Below, in pieces: positions 44,212 to 54,203 of a stretch of 64,000 nt of DNA (within the stretch, counting starts at the first letter, position 1; each line of letters opens with the position of its first letter). The notes beneath the pieces were generated by a model, which did no database searches, had not been told where the DNA came from, and saw nothing but the letters and a program-made list of their open reading frames with translations. This stretch comes from Actinomycetota bacterium (GTDB lineage Bacteria; Actinomycetota; Actinomycetes; S36-B12; UBA10799). The stretch spans positions 393,550 to 457,549 of the forward strand of contig JACJWR010000003.1 of NCBI GenBank assembly GCA_020637055.1. Reading direction: 5' to 3'. The translations under genes and the position numbers were made by a program.

Positions 44212-44951
44212 AGGCTGACCCGTTCGCGCAACTCGCCCTACTCCGGCTGCAGGGCATAGACACCGCGTTGGACCGCAATCGCCACACGCAGGCGAATCTG
44301 CCGGAACGTGCCGAGGTGGCGAGGCTGCGCAAGGTGGCAGTTGAGGCACACAACCGGGTGGTACGAGCCACCACCGAGTTGACCGACCTGCGGCGCGCTC
44401 TGCGCAAGGCCGAAGACGGGGTGGCCTCGGTCCGCGCCCGGGCCGACCGGGATCGTGCACTGCTGGCCTCGGGGAACGTCACCTCACCCAAACAGTTGGC
44501 CGACTTGGAACACGAAGTCGCGTCGTTGGGGCGCAGGCAGTCGGACCTCGAGGACGCCGAGCTCGAGGTCATGGAGGCGGTGGAGCAGGCCGAGTCGGAG
44601 TTGGCCCTGGCCGAGGAGGCGGACAGTGCCGCAGCGGCCGACTTGGCGCGTGCCGAGGCTGCCGAGCAGGAGGCGCTGGCGGACCTCGGGGCCGAGCAGC
44701 AGCGCCTCACCGAGGAACGAGCCGGAAGCACCGAAGGCATTCCGGCGGACTTGCTCTCGGCCTACCAACGCATCCGCGATCACGGGAACGCGATTGCCGT
44801 GGGGCTGTTGCGCTACGGCAGGTGTGAGTCGTGCCAGATGGAACTGTCCAGGGTGGACATTGCGGCCGCCCGCGCGGCCGCCGTCGACGAGGTGCTGCGG
44901 TGTCCGGAATGCCAGGCGATCATGGTGCGGTCCGAGGAGTCCGGTCTGTGA
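44208..44951 (+). CDS. coiled-coil zinc-ribbon protein (COG1579-like)
   Basis: It has a coiled-coil N-terminus and C-terminal CESCQM...RCPECQ. The GTG start overlaps the upstream stop. Confidence 0.7.
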   Translation: MKADPFAQLALLRLQGIDTALDRNRHTQANLPERAEVARLRKVAVEAHNRVVRATTELTDLRRALRKAEDGVASVRARADRDRALLASGNVTSPKQLADLEHEVASLGRRQSDLEDAELEVMEAVEQAESELALAEEADSAAAADLARAEAAEQEALADLGAEQQRLTEERAGSTEGIPADLLSAYQRIRDHGNAIAVGLLRYGRCESCQMELSRVDIAAARAAAVDEVLRCPECQAIMVRSEESGL

Positions 44952-45385
44952 ACGCCCGCTATGAGGTCGAGGCGGACGGCGGGTCACGTGGCAATCCGGG
45001 CGCAGCGGCCTACGGTGCGGTGGTGCTTCGCGACGGGCAGGTGATCCGACAGCTTGCTGGGGCGCTCGGGCACGCCACCAACAACGTTGCCGAATACCGC
45101 AGCGTGGTAGCCGCCCTCGAGTGGATCGCCACCCAACCGGATGGGGAGGCTGCGGTCGTCCATGTGCGGATGGACAGCAAGTTGGTGGTCGAGCAGATGT
45201 CCGGCCGTTGGAAGATCAAGCACCCAGACATGAAGGAACTCGCCCTGCGCGCCCGAGCTGCGCTCAAGCCCCAGCAGGTCACCTACGAATGGGTGCCGCG
45301 GGAGCGCAACCGACGAGCTGATGCACTGGTCAACGAGGTCTTGGACACCGGCGACGACGCCTTGGTCATCAACCGGAGTCCATGA
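44948..45385 (+). CDS. ribonuclease H family protein
   Basis: EADGGSRGNPGAAAYGAVV...ATNNVAEYRSVVAALEW...ERNRRADALVN. Confidence 0.8.
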   Translation: MNARYEVEADGGSRGNPGAAAYGAVVLRDGQVIRQLAGALGHATNNVAEYRSVVAALEWIATQPDGEAAVVHVRMDSKLVVEQMSGRWKIKHPDMKELALRARAALKPQQVTYEWVPRERNRRADALVNEVLDTGDDALVINRSP

Positions 45386-46005
45386 CCGGGATGAAGGCGC
45401 TGCGGGTGATCGCGATCCGACATGGCGCGACCGAATTGACCCAGGCGTTCCTCAACGGGGCCGGTCCGGGGGCGGCTGATCCTCCGCTTGACGAGCGTGG
45501 TCGTCGTCAGGTGAGGCTGTTGGCAAAGCACTTGGCCGGGGAATCCCCGGTCGGGGTGTGGTGTTCACCGGCCCGGCGGGCGGCGCAGACGGCCGCGGCG
45601 CTCGGCTGGACCCAGGCGCAGTCCGATGACCGGCTGACTGAGGTGGACTTCGGGGAATGGGAAGGACGAGCTCCTGCGGAGTTGGTGACCGATGAACGCT
45701 ACCGGCGTTGGTGGGACGACCCGGACATGAGGGCTCCCGGTGGCACCCGCAGCCTGGCCGAGGTGAATGCGGACGTGCGGAGGTGGTTGGCCGCGCGACA
45801 GAGCGACTGTGCCGGGGAGACCATCGCAGCCGTTGGCCATGCCTCGACGGTGCGAGTCTTGGTGGCGGGGGCGATCGGCTTGCCGGTGGCCGAGTCCACC
45901 CGGTTGACGGTGCTGCCGGCGGGCGCAGCGGTGCTGCGGTTCTGGCCGGACGGCGGTTCCACCTTGGATGCGTTCTGGGCTCCCGGCCGGACACCGCCCG
46001 CGTGA
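45382..46005 (+). CDS. histidine phosphatase family protein (CobC/PGM-like)
   Basis: It has the IAIRHGATE (RHG) motif and a later GHAS motif. It follows RNase H, matching the arrangement that is fused into one protein in some mycobacteria. Confidence 0.75.
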   Translation: MTGMKALRVIAIRHGATELTQAFLNGAGPGAADPPLDERGRRQVRLLAKHLAGESPVGVWCSPARRAAQTAAALGWTQAQSDDRLTEVDFGEWEGRAPAELVTDERYRRWWDDPDMRAPGGTRSLAEVNADVRRWLAARQSDCAGETIAAVGHASTVRVLVAGAIGLPVAESTRLTVLPAGAAVLRFWPDGGSTLDAFWAPGRTPPA

Positions 46006-46133
46006 CCGGTGTGCAGACGGTCGAGTTGCGGGGCCGCCGGTTCGGCTCAAGACTGGAGATCTAGGCGCTGGCTCCTGAGGGCGCGGCAGGGGTGCCGCCC
46101 GCCAGCGCCGACCGAGTGGTTCCCCTCCGTTGC

Positions 46134-46167
46134 CGAGAGCGGAGGGGGACCACTCCCTCCGCTCTCG
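46134..46167 (+). terminator. 13-bp perfect stem hairpin upstream of rnpB
   Basis: The stem is cgagagcggaggg / ccctccgctctcg with an 8-nt loop. An alternative pairing with cccctccg at 46122-46129 is possible. No U-tract. Confidence 0.3.
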
Positions 46168-46187
46168 GGAGGCGAGTAGTCTCGTCT

Positions 46188-46573
46188 CCCGACAAGTCAG
46201 CCGGGCGGCCGCGGCCATCTTTTCGGAGATGGTCGAGGAAAGTCCGGACACCACAGGGCAGGGTGGTGGGTAACGCCCACCCGGGGTGACCCGCGGGAAA
46301 GTGCCACAGAAAACAAACCGCCTCGGCTGAGGTAAGGGTGAAACGGTGGTGTAAGAGACCACCAGCACCGCAGGTGACTGCGGTGGCTAGGCAAACCCCA
46401 CCTGGTGCAAGACCAAGAGGGCCTTCCGCTTCGCGGATCGCCTGCGCAGACGGGTGGCCCGCCCCAAGTCTGCGGGTAGGTCGCATGAGGCCGTCGGCAA
46501 CGGCGGCGCCTGAGATGGATGGTCGCCCCCGCTGATGCGGGACAGAATCCGGCTTACAGGCTGACTTGTCACC
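46188..46573 (+). ncRNA. rnpB: RNase P RNA, bacterial type A
   Basis: The universally conserved gaggaaagtccggac and acagaatccggcttac segments are present. The P1 helix is gacaagtcagcc / ggctgacttgtc. The ends are approximate. Confidence 0.9.
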
Positions 46574-46581
46574 CCTCCGGA

Positions 46582-47790
46582 TCAACGCCGGGCTTCGTTG
46601 AAGCGGTCGACGATGGGTTGGACCCACTCCTCCCACGACCTGGTCGCCTCATCCAGCGGGACCCGGACGATATCCCAGGGCACCCCGATGAAGCCGTTGA
46701 AGCCGTAGTAGTAGATCGCCGGCATCATGATCATGGCGATCGTGATCGCCCCGGCAAAGGCTCCCAGATTGCCTGGATCGGGTCCGGAGCGCACCGGCGA
46801 CGGGAGGAGGCTGGCGACTTCGCCGTGCTTGATGGTGTGGAGTTGCTCGTGCACGACGAACAGGGCAGCTGCGGTGACCACGCAGACGAAAACGCGGGTG
46901 CCGTCCAGCGTGGTGATGGTGAACAGGCCCGGCAGGGCGAAGAGCCCTGCGATCACGAACCAGCGGGATCGGCCGGTGAGGGATCCGACCACGAACAACA
47001 CGACCAGCCACAGCGCGCCGAACCAGGAATAGAGGCTCAGTGGAAACGCCTCAACGAAACCCTGCAGGCTCTTCGCGATCCACACCGGGAACAACAGGGC
47101 CCTGGAACCGTCCACCTCATAGTGGGCGAACCACAGGGTCACGCCGATCCAGTTGACCACCGCGATGCCTCCGAAGATCACCGCATCGCGGCGTTTCGCC
47201 CGGAATCGCGGGGCGCTCGCCACCAGCAGCAGGCAGACCGCCGCGACGATGGACTGTTCCGGATTCGCGCTGGTCGCGATCAGCGCGCCGATCACCACCA
47301 CCCACCATCGACGGCCGAGGGCCACCAGCGCGGAGCCGGTGATCAGGAACAGGTCATATCGGCCGATCCCGTACAGCAGCACAGTCGGCAGCGGGCTGCA
47401 CGCGAGCACGATCAGGGCCACCCGGTGGCGCGGCGTCGGGCGCGCCAGGATCACGACGGCGGCCGCCACCAGGGCTGCCAGCGTGAAGATCAGGAAACCG
47501 GTGTTCCACGTGTCGACGTCGGCGTCCAAGCCGAGCACCCTGCCCACCAGCAGCGGACCCCACGACGAGGAGAACCAGTTCTCCGGCTCGGGCAACTGCC
47601 GCGCGCCGGCGGCGAAATCCACCGAACCGATGTCGAAGTGGATTCCGTTGCGCACCACGGCCAGGAGCACGGCGAGCAGACCCAGAATCCAGGGGCGGAC
47701 ATCCAGGACGAATCGCCCGATGGCGCGCACCGGCGTGAGCGCCGAGGCCAGGGTGAGCGGGGGATGTCCCTCCGACAGCGGCGTGCGCAT
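46582..47790 (-). CDS. polytopic integral membrane protein, unknown function
   Basis: 402 aa with about 10 hydrophobic segments. Confidence 0.55.
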   Translation of the reverse strand: MRTPLSEGHPPLTLASALTPVRAIGRFVLDVRPWILGLLAVLLAVVRNGIHFDIGSVDFAAGARQLPEPENWFSSSWGPLLVGRVLGLDADVDTWNTGFLIFTLAALVAAAVVILARPTPRHRVALIVLACSPLPTVLLYGIGRYDLFLITGSALVALGRRWWVVVIGALIATSANPEQSIVAAVCLLLVASAPRFRAKRRDAVIFGGIAVVNWIGVTLWFAHYEVDGSRALLFPVWIAKSLQGFVEAFPLSLYSWFGALWLVVLFVVGSLTGRSRWFVIAGLFALPGLFTITTLDGTRVFVCVVTAAALFVVHEQLHTIKHGEVASLLPSPVRSGPDPGNLGAFAGAITIAMIMMPAIYYYGFNGFIGVPWDIVRVPLDEATRSWEEWVQPIVDRFNEARR

Positions 47791-47793
47791 GGC

Positions 47794-48276
47794 CTAGTCG
47801 GTTCCAATCGGCGGACTGATGCTGGGCAGGTCGCGGAGCGGTCCGGCGACCTTCTCCGCCAACCGGCCCAACTCGGCGAAGTCGGTCGGACCGAGGAGAT
47901 CGACCAGGCGCCTCCGCACACTGGTCACGTGAACCGGTGCGGCTGCCCGGATCAAGTCCCAGCCGGCGTCGGTCAGCAACGCCCACTGTCCGCGAGCGTC
48001 TTCCGCACATCGCTCGCGGGTCACCCACCCGGCCCGCTCCATCCGGGAGACCTGGTGGGTCAACTTGCTGCGCGAGGCCAAGGTGGCATGAGCGAGATCC
48101 GCCATCCGGACCCGTCCCTCGCCGGACTCGGAAAGGTGCACCAGGATCTCGTATTCGCCCAGTCCGATTCCGAACGCAGCCCGCAGATCGCGATCTAGGG
48201 CCTCCGGCAGGAGTTGGTTCATCGCCAACCAGGCGCGCCATTGCTGCTGTTCGGCGGGGGTCAGCCATTGCGTCAC
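47794..48276 (-). CDS. MarR-family transcriptional regulator
   Basis: LGEYEILVHLSESGEGRVRMADLAHATLASRSKLTHQVSRMERAGWV is the winged-HTH pattern. Confidence 0.8.
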   Translation of the reverse strand: MTQWLTPAEQQQWRAWLAMNQLLPEALDRDLRAAFGIGLGEYEILVHLSESGEGRVRMADLAHATLASRSKLTHQVSRMERAGWVTRERCAEDARGQWALLTDAGWDLIRAAAPVHVTSVRRRLVDLLGPTDFAELGRLAEKVAGPLRDLPSISPPIGTD

Positions 48277-48278
48277 CG

Positions 48279-49097
48279 TTACGACTCGTAGTCCATGTCC
48301 CAGATCTTGATCCCGCCGAGGATGCCGGCCGTGTTCGGAACGATCGTCGCTTTCGGGCCGAGCAGGGTGGCGGGGTAGTGCTTGGCGTTGCCGCCGCCGA
48401 CGTAGATGTGGTCGAAGAACAGGAACTCGTCGAAGGCCGCGATTGCCTTGGTGACCCGCTTGCGCCAGCGCTTGTTGCCGATCCGCTTGCGTGCTTCGTT
48501 GCCGAGTTGGGTGTCGAAGGACTCACCTTGCCGGAACGGGGCGTGGGACAACTCCATGTGCGGCAGCAGGCGGCCGTTGCTGAAGACCGCGGTACCGCAT
48601 CCGGTGCCGAGAGTCATGACGAACTCGAATCCGTGGCCCTGGGCCACCGCGCAGCCCTGCACGTCGGCATCGTTGGCGACCTTGACCGGCACCTTGAATG
48701 CCTGCGCCAGGGCGCTCGCGAGGTCGAAGCCCTCCCACTGGGATGCCATCTCCGGCACCTCCGGTCCGCCGTAGACCTCGCGGGAGAACGCCGGCACATG
48801 GATCACCCGGCCGTTGCGCACCAGTCCAGGGAAACCCACCGTGACGCGGTGGTACTCGGGCAGGTCCTTCGCGAGTTCGAGCAACTTCTCGACCAGCAAC
48901 TGCGGTGGGCACGGGTACGGCGTTGGGATTCGCACCCGGTCGGTGGTCATGGTGCCGTTGACGTCGAGGACCGACGCCTTGAGGCCGCTGCCGCCGACGT
49001 CGATGCTGAGGGTCTTGACGTCGACCGGCCAGGTGGTCTGGGTGTCGGATGCGGGCTTGGCCACTGTCGTCTCCTGTTCGTCGGCCGTCGGTGGCAC
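48279..49097 (-). CDS. ppgK: polyphosphate glucokinase (ROK family)
   Basis: LSIDVGGSGLKASVLD..., GFPGLVRNG, and the ROK pattern. Confidence 0.8.
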   Translation of the reverse strand: MPPTADEQETTVAKPASDTQTTWPVDVKTLSIDVGGSGLKASVLDVNGTMTTDRVRIPTPYPCPPQLLVEKLLELAKDLPEYHRVTVGFPGLVRNGRVIHVPAFSREVYGGPEVPEMASQWEGFDLASALAQAFKVPVKVANDADVQGCAVAQGHGFEFVMTLGTGCGTAVFSNGRLLPHMELSHAPFRQGESFDTQLGNEARKRIGNKRWRKRVTKAIAAFDEFLFFDHIYVGGGNAKHYPATLLGPKATIVPNTAGILGGIKIWDMDYES

Positions 49098-49117
49098 ATC
49101 CGCCGGCGCTTGCTGGG

Positions 49118-49972
49118 TCAGGCCGGCGTCGGCAGAGTGAGGATCTCCGCCCCGCCGTCGGTCACGAGGATCGTGTGTTCGAACTGGGCCGAGCGCCGCC
49201 GGTCGGCGGTCACCACGGTCCAGTTGTCATCCCAGATCTCGTAGTCGATGGTGCCTAGCGTGAGCATAGGCTCAATCGTGAAAGTCATGCCGGATTCCAG
49301 CACGATGGGCAGGTCCGGATCGTCGTAGTGGGGCACGACCAACCCGGAATGGAAGTCCCGGCCGATGCCGTGGCCGGTGAAATCCCGGACCACCCCGTAG
49401 CCGAAACGTTTGGCATACGACTCGATCACCCGACCGACCACGTTGAGCTTTCGCCCGGGGGCGACCGCCTTGATGGCCCGCCGCAGCGACTCGGCGGTGC
49501 GTTCGACCAGCAGCCGCGACTCCTCATCCACATCCCCGGACAGGAAGGTGGCGTTGGTGTCGCCGTGGACACCGCCGATGTACGCGGTGATGTCGATGTT
49601 GACGATGTCGCCGTCGGCGATGACCGTGCTGTCGGGAATGCCGTGGCAGATGACCTCGTTCAGCGACGTGCACATGGACTTCGGGTATCCCCGGTATCCC
49701 AGCGTCGAGGGATAGGCGCCGTGGTCGAGCAGGAATTCGTGGCCGATCCGGTCCAGTTCGTCGGTCGTCACCCCGGGCGCGACGTGGCTTCCCGCGAGGG
49801 CGAGTGCATCGGCGGCGATGTGCCCGGCGATGCGCATCTTCTCGATGGTCTCGGCGTCCTTGACGTCGGGGTCGCCGGTGCGGGTGGGAGCGGGTTGATC
49901 CACATAGCTCGGGCGGGCGATGGTGGCGGGTACGGGCAACCGAGGCGAAACCACACCGGGTGAGAGGGCCAT
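49118..49972 (-). CDS. map: type I methionyl aminopeptidase
   Basis: [32 protein letters not shown] and FEHT metal-ligand motifs are all present. Confidence 0.9.
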   Translation of the reverse strand: MALSPGVVSPRLPVPATIARPSYVDQPAPTRTGDPDVKDAETIEKMRIAGHIAADALALAGSHVAPGVTTDELDRIGHEFLLDHGAYPSTLGYRGYPKSMCTSLNEVICHGIPDSTVIADGDIVNIDITAYIGGVHGDTNATFLSGDVDEESRLLVERTAESLRRAIKAVAPGRKLNVVGRVIESYAKRFGYGVVRDFTGHGIGRDFHSGLVVPHYDDPDLPIVLESGMTFTIEPMLTLGTIDYEIWDDNWTVVTADRRRSAQFEHTILVTDGGAEILTLPTPA

Positions 49973-50034
49973 GGCACGCAGTCTATGGGCGGTGCGGCGC
50001 TAGGGTGGCTCTAGACGTCCAACAGACAGGAGGG

Positions 50035-50253
50035 ATGGCCGTGTCCGACTCACGGAGTATGGAAGAGGAACTGCTCGACCCCCGACCGAAGTGGTACTAC
50101 CTGCTCCTCAAAGGTACGGTCACATCGGATCCCGGTCCGGATCGGATGGGTCCCTACGACACCAAAGAAGAGGCCGAACACGCTCTGGAGATCGCCCGCC
50201 AGCGCAATGACGAGTGGGAAGAGCAGGACGACGAGTGGAACGGCAAGAAGTAG
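50035..50253 (+). CDS. small conserved acidic protein, unknown function
   Basis: 72 aa with an SD-like acaggaggg upstream. The sequence contains PKWYYLLLKGTV...GPYDTKEEAEHALEIARQRNDEW. Confidence 0.5.
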   Translation: MAVSDSRSMEEELLDPRPKWYYLLLKGTVTSDPGPDRMGPYDTKEEAEHALEIARQRNDEWEEQDDEWNGKK

Positions 50254-50294
50254 CAGGCGCAGCCGGCGGTGGTACGCCGCGTGACCCGTGGGAC

Positions 50295-50981
50295 TTGCCC
50301 GACGTCTCCGAACTCACCATCGGGGTGCTCGGCGGCACCGGCGAACAAGGCCGCGGCCTGGCACTGCGCTGGGCGGTCGCCGGACAGCGGGTGATCATCG
50401 GGTCACGGCAGAGCGCTCGGGCCCAGACCGCCGCGTCCGAACTCCGAACCGCGGCTTCACCCCGCGGAACATCCGTGGTGGGGATGTCCAACGAGGAGTG
50501 CGCAGCCAGCGCCGACGTGGTCCTGGTGGCGGTGCCGTGGTCGAGCCATGCCGAGACGCTGGCGGCGCTCGAGGGCCAACTCCGCGGCAAGATCTTGATC
50601 GACTGTGTCAACCCGCTGGGATTCGACAAGCAAGGGGCCTTCGCGCTGGCGGTGCCGGAGGGCTCGGCTGCCGAACAGGCCGCTGGGCTGCTGCCCGACA
50701 CCACCGTGGTCGCGGCCTTCCACCACGTCTCCGCGAAGGTACTGGCGGATCTTTCGATCGCCGAGGTCCCCTCGGACGTGCTGGTGTTGGGGGACGATCG
50801 GGCCGCGACCGACACGGTGCAGGCGCTCGCAGCCCTGATCCCGAGTATGCGCGGGGTGTACGCCGGCAGGTTGCGCAACGCCGGTCAGGTGGAGGGTCTC
50901 ACCGCCAACCTGATCGCGATCAACCGCCGCTACCGGGCCCACTCGTCGGTCGCGGTCACCGGCGTGCCGGCACCCCGGTGA
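50295..50981 (+). CDS. NADPH-dependent F420 reductase-like oxidoreductase
   Basis: IGVLGGTGEQGRGLALRWA.AG..V.IGSR is a Rossmann N-terminus. The start is uncertain (50214, 50235 or 50295). Confidence 0.65.
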   Translation: MPDVSELTIGVLGGTGEQGRGLALRWAVAGQRVIIGSRQSARAQTAASELRTAASPRGTSVVGMSNEECAASADVVLVAVPWSSHAETLAALEGQLRGKILIDCVNPLGFDKQGAFALAVPEGSAAEQAAGLLPDTTVVAAFHHVSAKVLADLSIAEVPSDVLVLGDDRAATDTVQALAALIPSMRGVYAGRLRNAGQVEGLTANLIAINRRYRAHSSVAVTGVPAPR

Positions 50982-50994
50982 CCGCGACGAACGA

Positions 50995-51963
50995 CTAGCG
51001 GAACGTGACCTCGGCCGCGTCGGTGGTGATTCTCGTTCCCTTGCGTCCAGCCATGATTTCCGGCAGGTCGTCCAGCGCCCCGATGACCGCCGCCTTGCCG
51101 GGGTTCCGGCGGGCGAATTCGGCGGCGGCCTCTACCTTCGGCCCCATCGATCCAGCAGGGAAGTCGTACTCCGAGATCGCCTCTGGCGAAGCCTCGGCAA
51201 TCGCCCGCTGATCAGGCGTGCCCCAGTCGAGGTAGACGGCGTCGGCGTCGGTGGCGATCACCAGCAGATCGGCCTCGAGATCCTGCGCCAAAACGGCCGA
51301 TGAGCGATCTTTGTCGATCACCGCCTCGACCCCGACGAGGTGCTTCGGGTTGAAGTCCCAGGGACCTTCGAGTTCGGTTTCACTCGGCAGGTACATCGTC
51401 GGGATGCCGCCGCCTCCGGTGCACACCACAACCGCCCCGAGTTCCAGCAGTGCCTTGATCGGGCGGATCTCGAAGATGCGCTTCGGCACCGGTGAGGGCA
51501 CCACGCGCCGCCACGCGTCGCCGTCCTGCTTGACCGTCCAGCCCTTGTCGACGGCCAGTCGTTTGGCGTCCTCTTCCGAGTAGACCGGGCCGACGAACTT
51601 GGTGGGGTCGGCCATTGCCGGATCGTCGGCGTCCACCTCGGTCATGGTGAGGATGGTGGCGATGGGCTTCTCGAAGGGGAGGTAGTTGCCGAGTTCCTGC
51701 TCGATGAAGTAGCCGATCATGCCCTCGGTCTGTGCCCCCAGCACGTCGAACGGATAGGTCGACGCCTCGTCATAGGACGAAGCCTGTAGGGAGAGCAAGC
51801 CCACCTGGGGGCCGTTGCCGTGGGAGATCACCAACTCGTGTTCCATGGCCACCGGGCTCAGCGCCCGGCAGGCCGTGCGCACGTTGTCGCGCTGGTTCTC
51901 CACCGTCATTGGCTCGCCGCGCTTCTGCAGCGCGTTGCCGCCAAGGGCTACTACCACCCGCAT
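50995..51963 (-). CDS. arcC: carbamate kinase
   Basis: [12 protein letters not shown]...[11 protein letters not shown]...[10 protein letters not shown]. Start set at ATG 51963. Confidence 0.85.
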   Translation of the reverse strand: MRVVVALGGNALQKRGEPMTVENQRDNVRTACRALSPVAMEHELVISHGNGPQVGLLSLQASSYDEASTYPFDVLGAQTEGMIGYFIEQELGNYLPFEKPIATILTMTEVDADDPAMADPTKFVGPVYSEEDAKRLAVDKGWTVKQDGDAWRRVVPSPVPKRIFEIRPIKALLELGAVVVCTGGGGIPTMYLPSETELEGPWDFNPKHLVGVEAVIDKDRSSAVLAQDLEADLLVIATDADAVYLDWGTPDQRAIAEASPEAISEYDFPAGSMGPKVEAAAEFARRNPGKAAVIGALDDLPEIMAGRKGTRITTDAAEVTFR

Positions 51964-52060
51964 TGTGACTCCTCTACTTGTCGGCTGTGAGGAGAGCGTG
52001 GCAGGTGGAGTCGGTTCGATGCATCCCGAACAGGGCCAACCGGGGGTGAACCCTGGTCGA

Positions 52061-52080
52061 CCCGCCGGTTTCCCTCGGCG
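52061..52080 (-). terminator. hairpin immediately downstream of panB
   Basis: On the minus strand ccgccg-agggaaac-cggcgg starts 1 nt after the panB stop. No clear U-tract. Confidence 0.35.
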
Positions 52081-52081
52081 G

Positions 52082-52915
52082 TCAGTCGTACTGGTGGTCG
52101 GCGTCCGGGTAACTGCCGTCGACGACCTCGCCTGCCCACTGCTTGACCGCGTCACCCAGCGTCGCGCGCAGGTCGGCGTACTGCTTGACGAATTTGGCCG
52201 GCCGACCCGGGGTGAGCCCGGCGAGATCCTGCCACACCAGCACCTGCGCGTCGGTGTGACGACCGGCACCGATTCCGACCGTCGGGATCGCCAGGGATCG
52301 AGTGACCGATTCGGCGAGGTCGTGCGGCACTACCTCGAGGACCACCGCAAAGGCTCCGGCGACCTCGAGGTTCTTCGCATCGCGGAGCAGGATCTGGCCG
52401 GCTTCGCCGCGACCTTGCACCCGATAGCCGCCGAGCCCATGCACCGACTGCGGTGTGAGGCCGAGGTGTCCCATGACCGGTATGCCTGCCGCCACCAGCG
52501 CCTCGACCTGCGGCAGGACCCGTTCGCCACCTTCGAGCTTCACTGCGTGGGCGCCTGCCTCCTTCATGAAACGGGTGGCGGTGGCGAGGGCTTGCGCCGG
52601 CCCCTCCTGGTAGGAGCCGAACGGTAGGTCTGCCACGACCATCGCCCGGGAACTTCCGCGGACCACGGCCCGGGTCAGCGGAATCAGATCATCGACGGTG
52701 ATCGGAATTGTGGAGTCGTAGCCATAGACGACCATGGCGGCGGAGTCTCCGACCAGCATCACGGGAATGCCGGCCTCATCGAAGAGTCCGGCGGTTATGG
52801 CGTCGTAGGAAGTGATCATGGGCCATTTGTCGCCGACGTCTTTTGCGGCGGCGAGGTCCCGCACGGTGACTCGGCGGGTGGGGCCGGCAGGGGACCCGTA
52901 CAAGCGAGTAGTCAT
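52082..52915 (-). CDS. panB: 3-methyl-2-oxobutanoate hydroxymethyltransferase
   Basis: [36 protein letters not shown] and GHLGLTPQS. Start set at ATG 52915. Confidence 0.9.
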   Translation of the reverse strand: MTTRLYGSPAGPTRRVTVRDLAAAKDVGDKWPMITSYDAITAGLFDEAGIPVMLVGDSAAMVVYGYDSTIPITVDDLIPLTRAVVRGSSRAMVVADLPFGSYQEGPAQALATATRFMKEAGAHAVKLEGGERVLPQVEALVAAGIPVMGHLGLTPQSVHGLGGYRVQGRGEAGQILLRDAKNLEVAGAFAVVLEVVPHDLAESVTRSLAIPTVGIGAGRHTDAQVLVWQDLAGLTPGRPAKFVKQYADLRATLGDAVKQWAGEVVDGSYPDADHQYD

Positions 52916-53009
52916 CGCCATTCTCCAATCTCGAGGCTCCAGATGGAGTCCCCGGACCCCTGAATGATCGCATGCGCCCGGCGTCCGGGCAAGGTTCGGG
53001 TGGGCGGCG

Positions 53010-54203
53010 TTAGCCGACCGCCACCCGATTACGTCCAGAGTGTTTGGCGGTGTAGAGCGCCGAATCAGCCCGGCGCAGCAGCTCGGTGGTGTCGGCCGGC
53101 GGAACGCTGGTCGTGGCCACACCCACACTGACGGTGACCGCTCGATCGATCTCGAAGTCGTGTCGGGCGACACGTTCGCGCAGGGCCTCGGCGTAGTCGC
53201 GGGCCGCCCCATGATCGGTGTCGGGGAGGATCACGACAAATTCTTCACCGCCCCAACGCCCGACCGCGCCGTCGGTCCCGGCGTCGGTGCGAAGTGTCGA
53301 GGCCACCGTGCGGAGAACGGCGTCGCCGGCGGGGTGGCCGAAGTCGTCGTTGATGCTCTTGAAGTGGTCCACATCGACCATCAGAATCGAGAGCGGAAGG
53401 TGCTGCGGCCGGTTGGGATCGGCGTATTCGGCGAGTATCGAATCGATCTGAAGGCGGTTCCCGAGGCCGGTGAGGGCGTCGGTCGTCGAGAGGATCCGCA
53501 GGCGTTCGTTGGCGCGGGTGACGCGATCGCGTTCGGTGCGTAGACGGTCCTGGATGCGCGCGCTGACCACCAGCGCGAGCATGGCACCGAGCCAGGTGTT
53601 GAGGATCAGGTCCAAGTAGTAGGGGATGGCGGAGGAGTTGAGCATCGGCGAGCCAGCGGAGAGCAGTAGCCAGATCAGCGCCGTGATGGCTCGGGTTGCA
53701 TACACGACGGCGACGGCCCAGAAGAGCCCGGCGGTGACCCGGGCCACCAGGGGCGGGAGTTCTGCCCGGTTCGCCGAGAAGATCCACGCACTGGCAGCCG
53801 GAAATACCGTGAGGGCCGCGCTGGTCAGCAGGATCTCGCTGGTGCCTTGTCGCAGGATGCCCTCGAGTAGCACCCCGGCCAGGAACACGACGCCGGCGAC
53901 GAGGTAGACGTAGCGGCGTCCCTTGGGGAGGCCGAGCAGCCGTCTACTGGCGATGTAGACCCATCCGAATCCGAGCACCGCGATGGCATTCGCAATGACC
54001 ACCATGTACGTGTTTCCGTCAGGGCCGCGAAGAGCCGTCACCAGGGACGCGGCTCCGATGGCCACCGCACCCGCCGCCCAGTACCGCAGGCTCACCCGCT
54101 CGGCGGGGTCCAAGATGGTCATCAGCATCAGCGGCACCAATGCGAAGACCAGCGCCGACAGACTCGCCGCCAGCGCGATGGTCTGGACGTCGACGAAACT
54201 CAT
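53010..54203 (-). CDS. membrane-anchored diguanylate cyclase (canonical GGEEF)
   Basis: It has about 6 N-terminal TM segments, then DALTGLGNR...MVDVDHFKSINDDFGH..GD...WGGEEFVV. Start set at ATG 54203. Confidence 0.8.
   Translation of the reverse strand: MSFVDVQTIALAASLSALVFALVPLMLMTILDPAERVSLRYWAAGAVAIGAASLVTALRGPDGNTYMVVIANAIAVLGFGWVYIASRRLLGLPKGRRYVYLVAGVVFLAGVLLEGILRQGTSEILLTSAALTVFPAASAWIFSANRAELPPLVARVTAGLFWAVAVVYATRAITALIWLLLSAGSPMLNSSAIPYYLDLILNTWLGAMLALVVSARIQDRLRTERDRVTRANERLRILSTTDALTGLGNRLQIDSILAEYADPNRPQHLPLSILMVDVDHFKSINDDFGHPAGDAVLRTVASTLRTDAGTDGAVGRWGGEEFVVILPDTDHGAARDYAEALRERVARHDFEIDRAVTVSVGVATTSVPPADTTELLRRADSALYTAKHSGRNRVAVG

Noticed and set aside
51964-52081. A possible riboswitch in the carbamate kinase leader
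   Set aside because: The obvious hairpin (52061-52080) sits directly after the panB stop and is better explained as its terminator. The rest matches no riboswitch consensus that I can recall.
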